Shown: piece after piece, positions 1-10,717 of the stretch
Layout of the letters: every line of letters starts with the position of its first letter
Position numbering within the stretch: position 1 is the stretch's first letter
Source of the DNA: Gammaproteobacteria bacterium
Lineage (GTDB): Bacteria; Pseudomonadota; Gammaproteobacteria; UBA4575
Length of the DNA: 64,000 bases
Direction: 5' to 3'
Assembly: GCA_965243395.1 (NCBI GenBank)
Contig: CBDEUS010000001.1
Location: 768,001-832,000 of the forward strand
Position numbers and translations under genes: made by a program
The notes under the pieces: generated by a model
Seen by the model: the letters and a program-made list of their open reading frames with translations, nothing else
Databases searched by the model: none
What the model was told of the DNA's origin: nothing

Positions 1-819
1 AATTGCTGAAGGTAAGGGAATTGGCACGAGCTCAAGGTTATTAACAAGTTGACGCTTAATTGAGTGTAACTGCTGCTTTAAATTAGTTAGTGCATCAAAA
101 TTTTCATCAGAAGAGCTCGTAGTGGATGAATGTACAATAATATCATCTGCACAAAAGCGAGCTAAATTATCAATATGTCCATCTGTATCATCTCCTGTTA
201 AGCGAATTTGATTGATCCAGAAAATATTTTTGCTGCCAAACCACCTTCTGAAGTTACTTTCTAAGGCTGATAAAGTTATATTATTAGGTGATCTACCACG
301 TTTAAAACACTCGCTTGAGCTTAAAAGACAACCTTGATCGTTAACTTCAATATTTCCTGCTTCCAATACGAAATCAATATCTATCAATTCAGAATTTAAG
401 TTTAGTTTTTCATGCAACGCATAATTGAAGACATTGTCTTTATCATATGGATACTTTTTTCCCCATGCATCAAATTTAAAATTTAATATCACATTTCCAG
501 TTTCAGTTTTCACACACACGGGACCATAGTCACGCACCCAAGTATCATTGCTTGTTATTTCAATAAATAAAATATTGTCGCTAGTTATTCCATTGTTTGA
601 TAAACATTTTTGTATATGACTAATGTGTTCTTGGTCATACGCAATTAACATTATTTTCTGTTGCTCGCAGATATAGCGGCTAAGCTCGACGTATGTTATT
701 TCAATTTTTTGCAGTAGGTTTTCATTGTTAGAATTTCCCCAGTCAGAATGAATATGAGGCCAAACAAGGATAACAGCATCTTGACGCACCCATTCGGGCG
801 CGAGACGGTAAAAAGTCAC
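1..819 (-). CDS. agmatine deiminase / peptidylarginine deiminase family protein (3' end outside window)
   Basis: Not in the ORF track. My translation from GTG at 819 gives MTFYRLAPEWVRQDAVILVWPH, with motifs NDTWVRDYGP, LEAGNIEVNDQG and GDDTDGHIDNLARF. Confidence 0.9.
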   Translation of the reverse strand, partial: MTFYRLAPEWVRQDAVILVWPHIHSDWGNSNNENLLQKIEITYVELSRYICEQQKIMLIAYDQEHISHIQKCLSNNGITSDNILFIEITSNDTWVRDYGPVCVKTETGNVILNFKFDAWGKKYPYDKDNVFNYALHEKLNLNSELIDIDFVLEAGNIEVNDQGCLLSSSECFKRGRSPNNITLSALESNFRRWFGSKNIFWINQIRLTGDDTDGHIDNLARFCADDIIVHSSTTSSSDENFDALTNLKQQLHSIKRQLVNNLELVPIPLPSAI

Positions 820-876
820 GGTTTTTTAATAAAGCTTTTTAGATAAGCTTTATTTTGCGAGTAGATTCTTTATGAA

Positions 877-1155
877 TCAATGAGCAACTGAGTGGATAAC
901 AATATTATTTTCAAAGAAAACAGAATAATTACTATAGTTCCAGCGATAAATTGCGGGTTGTCCCACCGGGCCCTCTTTAGAAGATGGCTGACCAAATTTA
1001 GATTCTACCTGCGTCTTTGAGAGTCCTCGATGCGGCATACTAGAATTTATTACCACTTGTGCGGCACTACCAGGTGTCTTCACTACCTGAGCATTTACCT
1101 GTAAGGTGCTAATGGCAAGGAAAAAGGTGATTAATGAACTAATAAATATGCGCAT
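877..1155 (-). CDS. small exported hypothetical protein (SmpA/OmlA-like motif)
   Basis: Likely start MRIFISS at 1155 gives a signal peptide. Motif PHRGLSKTQVESKFGQP...RWNY...VFFEN. Confidence 0.65.
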   Translation of the reverse strand: MRIFISSLITFFLAISTLQVNAQVVKTPGSAAQVVINSSMPHRGLSKTQVESKFGQPSSKEGPVGQPAIYRWNYSNYSVFFENNIVIHSVAH

Positions 1156-1383
1156 AGATCTAAGGTCCTGATTAAGCTTTGTTAGATCATAACACTGACA
1201 AATATTCACGGAAACGTAAGTCAGAGGCATGCACGATAATTGTTGAGTTTTTACAGACTAAGGGTTATTAGGATACTGCCGCAAGTGCTAACACTAAGTT
1301 TAAACAGGCATTTAATTCCATATATTTCAATATATTGCATTATTTACTTAAACTGTTTTAATTCAATTTAAAAATCACACTTA

Positions 1384-2631
1384 ATGTTCAGGCCTCTCGA
1401 ATTATTCATCGGTTCCCGGTATTTACGAGCTAAACGTCGTAATCATTTTATTTCTTTTATTTCATTCATTTCTGTTTTCAGTCTTGCACTTGGAATCACT
1501 CTAATCATCACTGTTTTATCTGTGATGAATGGTTTTCAGTTCGAAATTAAGGATCGAATTCTTAGTATGACTGCTCATGCCACGGTGTTAGAGCTTGATG
1601 GGAAATTAAGTGATTGGAAGAAGGTTGAGGATGAGCTTAAAGATCAGCCCGAAATAAAAGGTTCTGCTCCATATGTGCAAGGCCAAGGAATGATTGTGCA
1701 TGGTAAGCAAGTGACTGGAGCCATGTTAAACGGAATTGATCCGCAACTTGAAAGCAAAGTATCTAGAATTGGTGAACACCTTCAGAATGTGCAATTGGAT
1801 GTACTTAATCCTGGTGAGTTTGGCGTCTTGTTGGGTGCTGATTTAGCGAACTACTTGGGAGTGGATGTGGGTGAAAAGATTACCGTTATTACACCGGAAG
1901 CTACGGTAACACCGGCCGGAATTGTTCCTAAATTTAGAAGATTCACTGTTATGGGCACTTATTCGGTGGGTATGCCGCAATATGATCGCAATACAGCAGC
2001 TATTCATATTGAAGATGCAAAACGTTTGTTTCGTTTAGGTGATTCGGTTACTGGCTTACGATTAAAATTTGAAGATTTGTTTGATGCACAAGAAATTACT
2101 TATCAACTTCGTAATATACTAGGAGGCACCTACTGGGTAACAGATTGGTCCTACCATAATAGGAATTTTTTTCGTGCATTAAAAATGGAAAAAACAATGA
2201 TGTTTATTATAACGATCATCATTGTTTTCGTTGCTGCATTTAATATCATTTCAATGTTAGTGATGGTGGTTACGGAGAAACAAAGTGATATAGCAATCAT
2301 GCGGACTTTGGGTGTTTCGCCAAAAAGCATAATGGGAATTTTTATTGTGCAAGGAACTGTAATCGGCTTGGTGGGAACTCTTTTAGGTGCGTTGGGCGGA
2401 GTGTTGCTCGCTTCTAATCTAGAAGCTTTGGTTCGTTTAGTTGAAAAAATTCGTGGCGCGAAGTTTCTTTCACCAGACATTTATCCAATTAGTGATTTCC
2501 CATCAGACGTGGTTCCAAGTGAAGTTATCGCTATTTGTATGATTGCTTTTATTATTACAGTACTTGCAACAATTTATCCAGCGTGGAAAGCAGCACGTAC
2601 TCAACCGGCTGAAGCCTTAAGATATGAATGA
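1384..2631 (+). CDS. lolC: lipoprotein-releasing ABC transporter permease LolC/E
   Basis: MFRPLELFIGSRYLRAKRRNHFISFIS, SVMNGF, C-terminal PAEALRYE; directly upstream of lolD. Confidence 0.93.
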   Translation: MFRPLELFIGSRYLRAKRRNHFISFISFISVFSLALGITLIITVLSVMNGFQFEIKDRILSMTAHATVLELDGKLSDWKKVEDELKDQPEIKGSAPYVQGQGMIVHGKQVTGAMLNGIDPQLESKVSRIGEHLQNVQLDVLNPGEFGVLLGADLANYLGVDVGEKITVITPEATVTPAGIVPKFRRFTVMGTYSVGMPQYDRNTAAIHIEDAKRLFRLGDSVTGLRLKFEDLFDAQEITYQLRNILGGTYWVTDWSYHNRNFFRALKMEKTMMFIITIIIVFVAAFNIISMLVMVVTEKQSDIAIMRTLGVSPKSIMGIFIVQGTVIGLVGTLLGALGGVLLASNLEALVRLVEKIRGAKFLSPDIYPISDFPSDVVPSEVIAICMIAFIITVLATIYPAWKAARTQPAEALRYE

Positions 2632-2643
2632 GGTTGTGCATTT

Positions 2644-3318
2644 ATGAGCATCGTCCTGCAATGTGAAAATTTAGCCAAAACTTATGATACAGGCCCGATG
2701 CCTGTGGAAGTGCTGAAAAACATTGATTTCAGTGTCGAAGAGAAAAGTAGAGTGGCCATTGTAGGTGCGTCGGGTAGTGGTAAAAGCACGCTCATGCATC
2801 TTCTTGGAGGCTTGGATATTCCAACTGAAGGCATGGTAAAAGTCTGTGGCAAAGACATGTCTGCTTTATCTGACAAGGCAAGAGGTGATTTACGCAATCA
2901 ATCTTTAGGGTTTATATACCAATTTCACCATTTACTTCCAGAATTTAACGCACTAGAAAATGTTGCGATGCCTTTATTACTGCGTGATGGTTCAGTAGAA
3001 GAGGCTAGTGATAAAGCTAAAGAGATGTTATCAAAAGTAGGATTAGCGAATCGAGTAATGCACAAACCCGCCGAATTGTCGGGTGGCGAAAGACAACGCG
3101 TAGCTATTGCAAGAGCGTTAGTAACACATCCAAAGGTAATTTTGGCGGATGAGCCAACAGGTAATCTTGATCGTAAAAATGCAGTACAAGTGCAAAATGA
3201 AATGTTAGAGCTTAATAGTGAACTGAAGACGGCGATCGTCATTGTTACTCATGATTCGAGTGTAGCGAAGTCTATGGATGAAATTTACACTTTAGAAGAT
3301 GGAATTCTTGAGCGCTGA
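2644..3318 (+). CDS. lolD: lipoprotein-releasing ABC transporter ATP-binding protein
   Basis: Walker A GASGSGKST, GFIYQFHHLLPEF, LSGGERQR, DEPTGNLD. Confidence 0.95.
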   Translation: MSIVLQCENLAKTYDTGPMPVEVLKNIDFSVEEKSRVAIVGASGSGKSTLMHLLGGLDIPTEGMVKVCGKDMSALSDKARGDLRNQSLGFIYQFHHLLPEFNALENVAMPLLLRDGSVEEASDKAKEMLSKVGLANRVMHKPAELSGGERQRVAIARALVTHPKVILADEPTGNLDRKNAVQVQNEMLELNSELKTAIVIVTHDSSVAKSMDEIYTLEDGILER

Positions 3319-3467
3319 TAGTGCAAACTCACAATTAACTACCATCGAGTTTAAATTGTGCAGTCTATAACCAGAAAATGCCTGTTTAAAAATATTTTGG
3401 ATTCGATATAATCGAATTTATCAATTATTCGAAACTTTATTCCTAATAAAATAGTCATAATCCCTAA

Positions 3468-3686
3468 ATGAGCGAAGAATATGAAAACTTAGATGGGGAA
3501 GATACTGTCATTTTGAATCGACAAGGTTGGAATTTTGTGACTTCATATAAATCCAGAGAGGGTGGCACGGGCTCAACGGCATATAACTCAGCGCTAGAAA
3601 AAGCTCATACCATTGAGCGGCCTACAGGAATTCGCACTCTAGCTGATGGTAATTACACCATATTCGAAGTTTGGGAAAAATGGTAA
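3468..3686 (+). CDS. hypothetical protein, 72 aa
   Basis: ATG ORF filling the gap between lolD and DUF2062, with protein-like composition. No family recognised. Confidence 0.55.
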   Translation: MSEEYENLDGEDTVILNRQGWNFVTSYKSREGGTGSTAYNSALEKAHTIERPTGIRTLADGNYTIFEVWEKW

Positions 3687-3721
3687 AGCTATAGAATTAA
3701 TTAAGCTCAATAAACTTTAAA

Positions 3722-4240
3722 TTACTTCTTCTGTTTACGTAGTTTTCTTTTATTCCAGAAAGAAACTACACGAATACGCCATAAAATTCTTACCACAATA
3801 AAGCCAAATAACCCGGCTGTGGTTCCAGCAAACAAACAGCCGACTAAAAAGGGCTTCCAGCGCTCGCGTAATTCCGTAAATAACCAATTTAAACTTAATT
3901 CAAAATCAAACGGGCCTAAATGTGTGTCTGTTAAAAATGCTCCTATTTTATATGCCATAAAAAACAAAGCTGGCATGGTGATAGGGTTAGTGATCCAGAC
4001 TAATACAACAGATATGGGAAGATTGCACCTGAAGATAATGGCAAGGCCAGCTGCTAAAACCATTTGAAACGGAATTGGAATGAATGCGCAGAACAATCCA
4101 ATAGCACATGCACCGGCCACAGAGCGTCTGCGCATATGCCATAAGTTCTGATCATGGATAAATTCGCCAAAAATACTAAATGATTTTTCATCCTTAAAGT
4201 TTTGTTTGGAGAAAAACTTTTTTAGAAAATTTTTTGGCAT
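3722..4240 (-). CDS. DUF2062 membrane protein
   Basis: LWHMRRRSVAGACAIGLFCAFIPIPFQM and WITNPITMP; usual position divergent from comEC. Confidence 0.88.
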   Translation of the reverse strand: MPKNFLKKFFSKQNFKDEKSFSIFGEFIHDQNLWHMRRRSVAGACAIGLFCAFIPIPFQMVLAAGLAIIFRCNLPISVVLVWITNPITMPALFFMAYKIGAFLTDTHLGPFDFELSLNWLFTELRERWKPFLVGCLFAGTTAGLFGFIVVRILWRIRVVSFWNKRKLRKQKK

Positions 4241-4316
4241 ATAGCTTTATATCGGCAACTAGCTTGTTTAATTAAGTTAGAATATAAAATAATAATATCT
4301 GGTTGGTGTTACATAA

Positions 4317-6626
4317 ATGCTCAAGGCCGCAACCGCATTTTTACTTGGCGTAGTTATTCTAACAGTGTTCACTACATTGCCGCATGTATATTGGGCCATC
4401 GGATTTGTGCCGGTAATCATAATTTACTATAAATATCCAAGTTTCAAATGGGCACTTTGTTTGCCACTAGGTTTCTTTTGGGCATTGCTTCATGCGTATA
4501 TTAATTTGTACCCTGAATTGGATAAGTCGCTTGAAGGTGAGGACCTGGAGGTATTGGGGAAAATTGTATCTATTCCAAATGTGCAAGAACGAAGCACAAG
4601 ATTTGAATTTGCCATTCATGCTGCACATAGAACTGGAATAAATGAGTCTCTAATATTACCTGAGAAGGTAAGATTAAACTGGTATGGCAATGTTCCTTTA
4701 TTGCAATTAGGTGAAATTTGGCAATTAAGAGTGCGTCTGAAGCGTCCTTGGGGTTTTGCTAATCCTGGGTCATTTGATTATGAAAAGTGGTTATTCGAAC
4801 ATAAAATTCGTGCCACAGGATATGTAAGAACAAAAGGCAATATATATAGAGTTAAAGAAACCAGCATCTTAAACCCCGGTTATTACTTCAGGGGTGCATT
4901 AAACAATAGACTTGATGCCAATGCTGACAAGCACTCTAACGTTATTAAAGCTTTAGTGTTGGGCGAACGCGGACAAATGGATTCTAGTCAATGGCAACTT
5001 TTAACACAAACTGGCACAAATCATTTATTGGCGATTTCAGGTCTGCATATAGGAATTGTGTCAGGCTTTGTTTATTTTATAGTTGTTTGGTTGTGGAAAT
5101 TCAGTGAAAAACTTTGTATACGGATTCCCGCTCAGCGCATAGCGGCAATTTTCGCAATACTAGCCGCAGTGTTTTATGCAATGCTTGCAGGTTTTTCTAT
5201 TCCCACTCAACGTGCCATGGTTATGGCAACGGTGGTATTTCTATCAATCTATACTATGCAATCTTTTCGTCCTTGGAATATTTTATCGCTTGCACTGTTG
5301 TGCGTATTAATACTAGACCCTTTTTCAGTCTTAGCTCCAGGGTTTTGGCTATCGTTTTTAGCTGTAGCCATTATTTTAATATCAGTAAGAGACAAAGCAG
5401 CATCAAAAGCTAGAGGCTTTCAAATTGCTAAAATGCAATTTGTATTAGCATTAGGGTTGTTGCCTGTAACATTGCTGTTTTTTCAGCATGCCTCTTTAGT
5501 TTCACCAGTGGCAAATTTATTTGCTGTGCCTTGGGTAAGTTGTTTGGTTGTACCATTCTCTCTTATAGGGTCATTGCTTTTATTTGTGAATGAATCACTT
5601 GGCTCATGGATATTAAATGTGGTGAATATTTCATTAGATGCCTTATGGTGGGTTTTAAGCGCATTGCAATACTTACCTTTTGCAAGTTTAAAACATGCTG
5701 TACCAGACTGGACATTGATACCGGCAGTATTTGGAATATTATTATTACTTGCTCCTAATGGATGGCCCAAAGCATTAAGTGTTGTGTTGCTGAGTCCATT
5801 AGTGTTTGCAAAACCTTTAGCAACGTTTGATACAGATCTTAAATTGTCTGTTTTAGATGTAGGACAGGGAACAGCTTTAGTCATACAAGTGGGTGGGAAT
5901 GTGTTGATATATGATACAGGTCCAAAATTCAGTAGCAGTTTTAATGCAGGTGAAGCTCTAGTAGCAAAGTACTTACGTGAAAAAGGATTGAGCAAAATAG
6001 ATAAATTAGTAATAAGTCATGGAGATAAAGATCATGCGGGAGGATTAGAAGGTTTGCTAGCTAATATTAAAGTCAAGCATATGATTGCAAACCAAACGGA
6101 TGGCTATCGACATGAGAATCTACAAGCATGTAGAGAAGGTATGAGTTGGATATGGAGCAGGGTTGAATTTAAGTTTTTGCATCCAAGCAGAAATATTGCT
6201 GATGGGAATATTGGAACTCTCTCAAAAAATAATAGTTCATGTGTATTACGCATTAGTCATCCTTCAGGGAGTATTTTATTAACTGGAGACATTGAACGTG
6301 CGGTGGAAAGGAGTTTAGTCAAACAAAAGCCGGAATTGTTAAATGTGGACATCTTAATCGCGCCGCACCATGGTAGTAATTCATCCTCAACCACGGCATT
6401 TATACAGGCCACTAGTCCAGATTATGTCGTATTTACCACTGGTTATAGAAACCCCTATGGTTTTCCCGATGAAAAAGTAGTATCACGCTATGAAAAGATT
6501 GGAAGCCACTTAGTAAATACAGCTATGCAGGGTATGATTAGTTTCAAAATTTCTGATAAAAATGGATTGCAATTACAGCCTGGATATCGTGAACTGCGAC
6601 AGCGCTTTTGGCACACTGAGCCCTAA
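4317..6626 (+). CDS. comEC: DNA internalization competence protein ComEC/Rec2
   Basis: HLLAISGLHIG competence domain, metallo-beta-lactamase motifs DVGQG, SHGDKDH and PHHGS. Confidence 0.95.
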   Translation: MLKAATAFLLGVVILTVFTTLPHVYWAIGFVPVIIIYYKYPSFKWALCLPLGFFWALLHAYINLYPELDKSLEGEDLEVLGKIVSIPNVQERSTRFEFAIHAAHRTGINESLILPEKVRLNWYGNVPLLQLGEIWQLRVRLKRPWGFANPGSFDYEKWLFEHKIRATGYVRTKGNIYRVKETSILNPGYYFRGALNNRLDANADKHSNVIKALVLGERGQMDSSQWQLLTQTGTNHLLAISGLHIGIVSGFVYFIVVWLWKFSEKLCIRIPAQRIAAIFAILAAVFYAMLAGFSIPTQRAMVMATVVFLSIYTMQSFRPWNILSLALLCVLILDPFSVLAPGFWLSFLAVAIILISVRDKAASKARGFQIAKMQFVLALGLLPVTLLFFQHASLVSPVANLFAVPWVSCLVVPFSLIGSLLLFVNESLGSWILNVVNISLDALWWVLSALQYLPFASLKHAVPDWTLIPAVFGILLLLAPNGWPKALSVVLLSPLVFAKPLATFDTDLKLSVLDVGQGTALVIQVGGNVLIYDTGPKFSSSFNAGEALVAKYLREKGLSKIDKLVISHGDKDHAGGLEGLLANIKVKHMIANQTDGYRHENLQACREGMSWIWSRVEFKFLHPSRNIADGNIGTLSKNNSSCVLRISHPSGSILLTGDIERAVERSLVKQKPELLNVDILIAPHHGSNSSSTTAFIQATSPDYVVFTTGYRNPYGFPDEKVVSRYEKIGSHLVNTAMQGMISFKISDKNGLQLQPGYRELRQRFWHTEP

Positions 6627-6671
6627 ACTATAAATTCTAAATAAAAGTAAAATCTCAAGGAGTTACTCTAA

Positions 6672-7289
6672 GTGTATGAAATTGTGAAAGCCGGTGGTTG
6701 GTTAATGCTACCCATCATCGCTGCATCTATAGTTGCCTTGGCCATAATCATTGAGCGTTTTTGGACCTTGCAAAAAGAGCGTGTGGCACCGAAATATTTA
6801 GCGGCCAAAATTTGGCAATGGAGCAAAGAGGGGAAGCTAGATGAAAATCGTATTTTGCAAATAAGAAAAAGTTCTCCTCTAGGCAGGATTCTCGCTGCAG
6901 GTCTCCTTAATAAGAATTTTGATCGCGAAATTATGAAGGAAAGCATTGAAGAAACTGGACGCCATGTGGCTTATGAACTGCAACGCTTTTTGAACACCCT
7001 GGGTACTATTGCCGCTATTTCACCTTTGCTAGGGCTTTTGGGAACGGTTATTGGCATGATTCAAGTATTTAGTGTGATTACTAGTGTAGGTGTGGGTGAT
7101 CCAGGCGAGCTTGCGGGTGGAATTTCAAAAGCTTTGATTACTACAGCAGCAGGCTTGAGTGTTGCGATTCCAAGTTTAATCTTTGTGCGTTACTTTCGAA
7201 GGAAAGTAGATGGCTTGGTAGTCGGTATGGAAGAAGAAGCAATTAAATTGGTCGAAGTCATGCATGGACAGCGTAAAGCTCAATCCTAA
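6672..7289 (+). CDS. MotA/TolQ/ExbB proton channel family protein
   Basis: SPLLGLLGTVIGMI and GISKALITTAAGL. Confidence 0.92.
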   Translation: MYEIVKAGGWLMLPIIAASIVALAIIIERFWTLQKERVAPKYLAAKIWQWSKEGKLDENRILQIRKSSPLGRILAAGLLNKNFDREIMKESIEETGRHVAYELQRFLNTLGTIAAISPLLGLLGTVIGMIQVFSVITSVGVGDPGELAGGISKALITTAAGLSVAIPSLIFVRYFRRKVDGLVVGMEEEAIKLVEVMHGQRKAQS

Positions 7290-7304
7290 ACATAAGTTTC
7301 CAAT

Positions 7305-7718
7305 ATGAATTTTACTCGTGCTGAAGAAGATCGTTTGGATGTAAACATTACGCCGTTAATCGATGTGGTGTTTTTGCTTTTGATATTTTTCATGGTGACC
7401 ACTACGTTCAATCAACAAGCGGAACTGCGCGTAGACTTACCCGAGGCATCTTCTGAGGAACAGGCATTAGATATTATTCCTATTGAAATTACTATTGACC
7501 CATCAGGCAACTATTTCGTTAATGGCCAAGGGCTTACCAATAATCAGGCCAATACGTTATATCAGTCATTACAGAAAATTGTTGGAGATGATAAAGAAAA
7601 AAGTGTCATAATTCGTGCTGATGCATCAACTCCTCATCAAGCAGTGATTACGGCAATGGATATGGTGTCAAAAGTAGGTGTTTCGAAATTACGGATCGCG
7701 ACTTCAAAACCTCAATAA
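7305..7718 (+). CDS. ExbD/TolR family protein
   Basis: NITPLIDVVFLLLIFFMV and VIIRAD. Confidence 0.92.
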   Translation: MNFTRAEEDRLDVNITPLIDVVFLLLIFFMVTTTFNQQAELRVDLPEASSEEQALDIIPIEITIDPSGNYFVNGQGLTNNQANTLYQSLQKIVGDDKEKSVIIRADASTPHQAVITAMDMVSKVGVSKLRIATSKPQ

Positions 7719-7738
7719 CGAACTTCATTACATCTTCA

Positions 7739-9508
7739 ATGGCCGAACAAGCCACAAACCCATCCGGTTGGAAAATCTATCGTAGATTACTTAGCTACAC
7801 TTTTAGTAAATGGCAATATTTGCTATTGGGTTCATTAGCGTTGCTGGTTTTTTCTGGAATGGATGCGCTAATGGCCTATTTGCTAGGGCCATTTATTGAT
7901 AGCTCTTTTGTTGATAAAGAATTCAATGAAATTAAATGGATCCCAATCGCTTTACTGGCAATTATCGTTATACGGGGTGTGGCTAATTTTATAGGCACGT
8001 ATTTAATTGGTTATGTTGGCGCTCATGTAGTTAAAACTCTACGCAAAGATATGTTTGATCGGGTACAGTTTTTGCCGGCGAACTATTTCGACCACCAGGC
8101 AACAGGCACACTGTTATCAAAGTTTTCCTATGATGTAGAACAGGTAACGGGTGCCGCTGTAAAGGGTTTACGCAGCTTGGTAGAAGACACTTCCAAGATA
8201 ATTTTTCTTTTAGCAGTGATGTTTATCAATAATTGGAAGCTAACTTTAATATTTGTCATTGTTGTGCCATTTATTGCAGCCGTTGTCGGTTATACCAGTA
8301 AGTTATTCCGAAAATTCAGTGAGAAAATGCAAAAGTCTGTGGGCAAAATCACTCATATCGTTGAAGAAAGTATTATCGGCCATCGAATCGTTAAAATTTT
8401 TGGTGGACAACAATACGAAATTGATAAATTTGAGCATGCTAATGAGCGTTTTCGTCGCAACAATATACGCAAGATAGTTACCAAAGCTGCAAGCACTCCG
8501 GTTATTCAAATGCTCGTGGGATTTGTATTAGTGGCAGTATTGGCGATAGCCGCACAACCACAAATTGCAACTGAGGAAACAGCTGGTGGGTTTGTGAGTT
8601 TTATAGTTGCTATGGTATGGATTTTAACTCCAGCAAGAAAGCTCACTTTGCTTAATGAGATTCTACAAACTGGCATTGCTGCAGGCCAGAGCGTGTTTGC
8701 TTTAATTGATTCCGAAAAAGAAAAGGACACTGCAACAAAAAACTTGTCTACATGCAAAGGAAGAATTGAATATAAGAATGTATGTTTCAAATATGAAACA
8801 CGTGATGCTAAAGCATTGGAAAACATTAGTTTAACAGTTGAACCGGGCGAAACAGTTGCCTTTGTTGGTAAATCAGGAAGTGGTAAAACCACTATTGTAA
8901 ATATTTTGCCAAGATTTTATGAAATTGATGAGGGCACTATTACCATTGACGATATAAATATTTCAGATTTAAGTTTGACATCGTTGCGAGATCAAATAGC
9001 GATTGTGAACCAGGATGTTACGTTGTTTAACGACACCATTGCCAATAATATTGCGTATGCACAAAATTTAGATGCAAATGATAATCGCGTGTTGCAAGCA
9101 GCAAAAGCCGCACAAGTTTTAGAGTTCACGGATAAGCTTCCTGATCGATTGCATGCTTTAGTAGGCGAGAATGGAGTATTGTTGTCTGGTGGTCAACGGC
9201 AACGCATCGCCATTGCAAGAGCTCTATTAAAAGACGCGCCAATTTTAATTTTAGACGAAGCGACTTCATCATTAGATACTGAATCAGAGCAATATATTCA
9301 AAAAGCGTTAGAAGAACTGCAAAAAAATCGCACTACTTTGGTTATCGCACATAGGCTTTCAACAGTTGAGAATGCAGATCGTATAATTATGATGGACAAG
9401 GGGCAAATAGTTGAAGTTGGAAGTCACCAAGAGCTACTTGAAGTAGATGATGCCTATGCATCGTTATATAAAATGCAAGTCAGTAAACCCAGTATGGCAG
9501 AAGTTTGA
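7739..9508 (+). CDS. msbA: lipid A export ABC transporter
   Basis: Six-TM domain plus NBD (GKSGSGKTT, LSGGQRQR, DEATSSLD); upstream of lpxK. Confidence 0.93.
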   Translation: MAEQATNPSGWKIYRRLLSYTFSKWQYLLLGSLALLVFSGMDALMAYLLGPFIDSSFVDKEFNEIKWIPIALLAIIVIRGVANFIGTYLIGYVGAHVVKTLRKDMFDRVQFLPANYFDHQATGTLLSKFSYDVEQVTGAAVKGLRSLVEDTSKIIFLLAVMFINNWKLTLIFVIVVPFIAAVVGYTSKLFRKFSEKMQKSVGKITHIVEESIIGHRIVKIFGGQQYEIDKFEHANERFRRNNIRKIVTKAASTPVIQMLVGFVLVAVLAIAAQPQIATEETAGGFVSFIVAMVWILTPARKLTLLNEILQTGIAAGQSVFALIDSEKEKDTATKNLSTCKGRIEYKNVCFKYETRDAKALENISLTVEPGETVAFVGKSGSGKTTIVNILPRFYEIDEGTITIDDINISDLSLTSLRDQIAIVNQDVTLFNDTIANNIAYAQNLDANDNRVLQAAKAAQVLEFTDKLPDRLHALVGENGVLLSGGQRQRIAIARALLKDAPILILDEATSSLDTESEQYIQKALEELQKNRTTLVIAHRLSTVENADRIIMMDKGQIVEVGSHQELLEVDDAYASLYKMQVSKPSMAEV

Positions 9509-10482
9509 AATTAGATAGCGAAAAACTCTGGTATACAAATAATATTTTATCTACTTTGTTGTTGCCTTTGTCATGGGTATTTCGGCTAGTAGCATTTATT
9601 AGGCGCATCTTTTATACAATCAGTACGTCCAACTCTGGATTAGAGGGGGTGTGTGTAATTGTTGTTGGTAATATAACGGTGGGTGGAGCTGGGAAAACGC
9701 CTTTTGTATCTTACTTGGCGAAGTACTTATTATCACATGATATTAAGGTTGGAATTATCTCTCGTGGTTATAAACGCAATGAGAATTCGCTCATAGAAGT
9801 TTTGTCTGATAGCGATGTAGAGTCTGTGGGGGATGAAGCATTAATGCTCAAACGGCAAACCACTTGCCCAGTTGCAGTGGCAGCAAGCCGGTTTGAGGCC
9901 GCCAGCTACTTAAAAGAGAAATATAAGCTTGATGTGATTATCTCCGATGATGGCTTGCAGCATTATCAACTGCCAAGAAATATTGAAATTGTCATTGTTG
10001 ATGGTGAAAGAGAGTTTGGTAATGGTAGATGTTTACCGGCAGGACCCTTGAGAGAGCCGGTATCTAGGCTACAGGCCTCAGATATCGTAATCTGTAATGG
10101 TGAGAATCAAGCTTATGAATATCAATATCATAGGGTTAGTAATGATGTAATTTCGCTAAAGAAGGGTATTTCTGCAAAGCCGTTGGAGTATTTTCTTGGT
10201 TCAAAAGTACATGCTGTTGCGGGAATAGCTCACCCAAAACGCTTTTTTACTATGCTGGAGAATGCAGGTATCGAAATTATCCCACATCCTTTTGATGATC
10301 ATCATTACTTTAGTCGTTCTGATATTGAATTTAATGATGATTTACCCATTCTCATGACCGAGAAAGATGCCGTAAAATGTATGCAGATCGCTAGGGATAA
10401 TACCTGGTATGTTCCTATTTCAATTGTACCCAATGAAAAATTGAATGGACGACTTACTAAATTATTCGAGGACATTCGCTAA
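9505..10482 (+). CDS. lpxK: tetraacyldisaccharide 4'-kinase
   Basis: [30 protein letters not shown]. Confidence 0.95.
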   Translation: MKLDSEKLWYTNNILSTLLLPLSWVFRLVAFIRRIFYTISTSNSGLEGVCVIVVGNITVGGAGKTPFVSYLAKYLLSHDIKVGIISRGYKRNENSLIEVLSDSDVESVGDEALMLKRQTTCPVAVAASRFEAASYLKEKYKLDVIISDDGLQHYQLPRNIEIVIVDGEREFGNGRCLPAGPLREPVSRLQASDIVICNGENQAYEYQYHRVSNDVISLKKGISAKPLEYFLGSKVHAVAGIAHPKRFFTMLENAGIEIIPHPFDDHHYFSRSDIEFNDDLPILMTEKDAVKCMQIARDNTWYVPISIVPNEKLNGRLTKLFEDIR

Positions 10483-10676
10483 TGGATATGCAATTGCTTG
10501 ATATATTAGTCTGCCCGGTTACAAAAGGGCCGCTTAAATATGATAAGGATCAACAAGAATTAATTTCTACATCAGCACGTCTCGCGTATCCGGTTCGTGA
10601 CGGTATTCCTGTTATGCTGGAAGATGAAGCACGTTCGATTACTGATGATGAGTATGAAAAATATAAGGCTATGTAG
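10482..10676 (+). CDS. ycaR: Trm112 family protein YcaR
   Basis: [14 protein letters not shown]...[11 protein letters not shown] between lpxK and kdsB. Confidence 0.9.
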   Translation: MDMQLLDILVCPVTKGPLKYDKDQQELISTSARLAYPVRDGIPVMLEDEARSITDDEYEKYKAM

Positions 10677-10717
10677 TCTTACTTAAATCAAAAACAAAAT
10701 TCTTCAAGGTAAAATTT

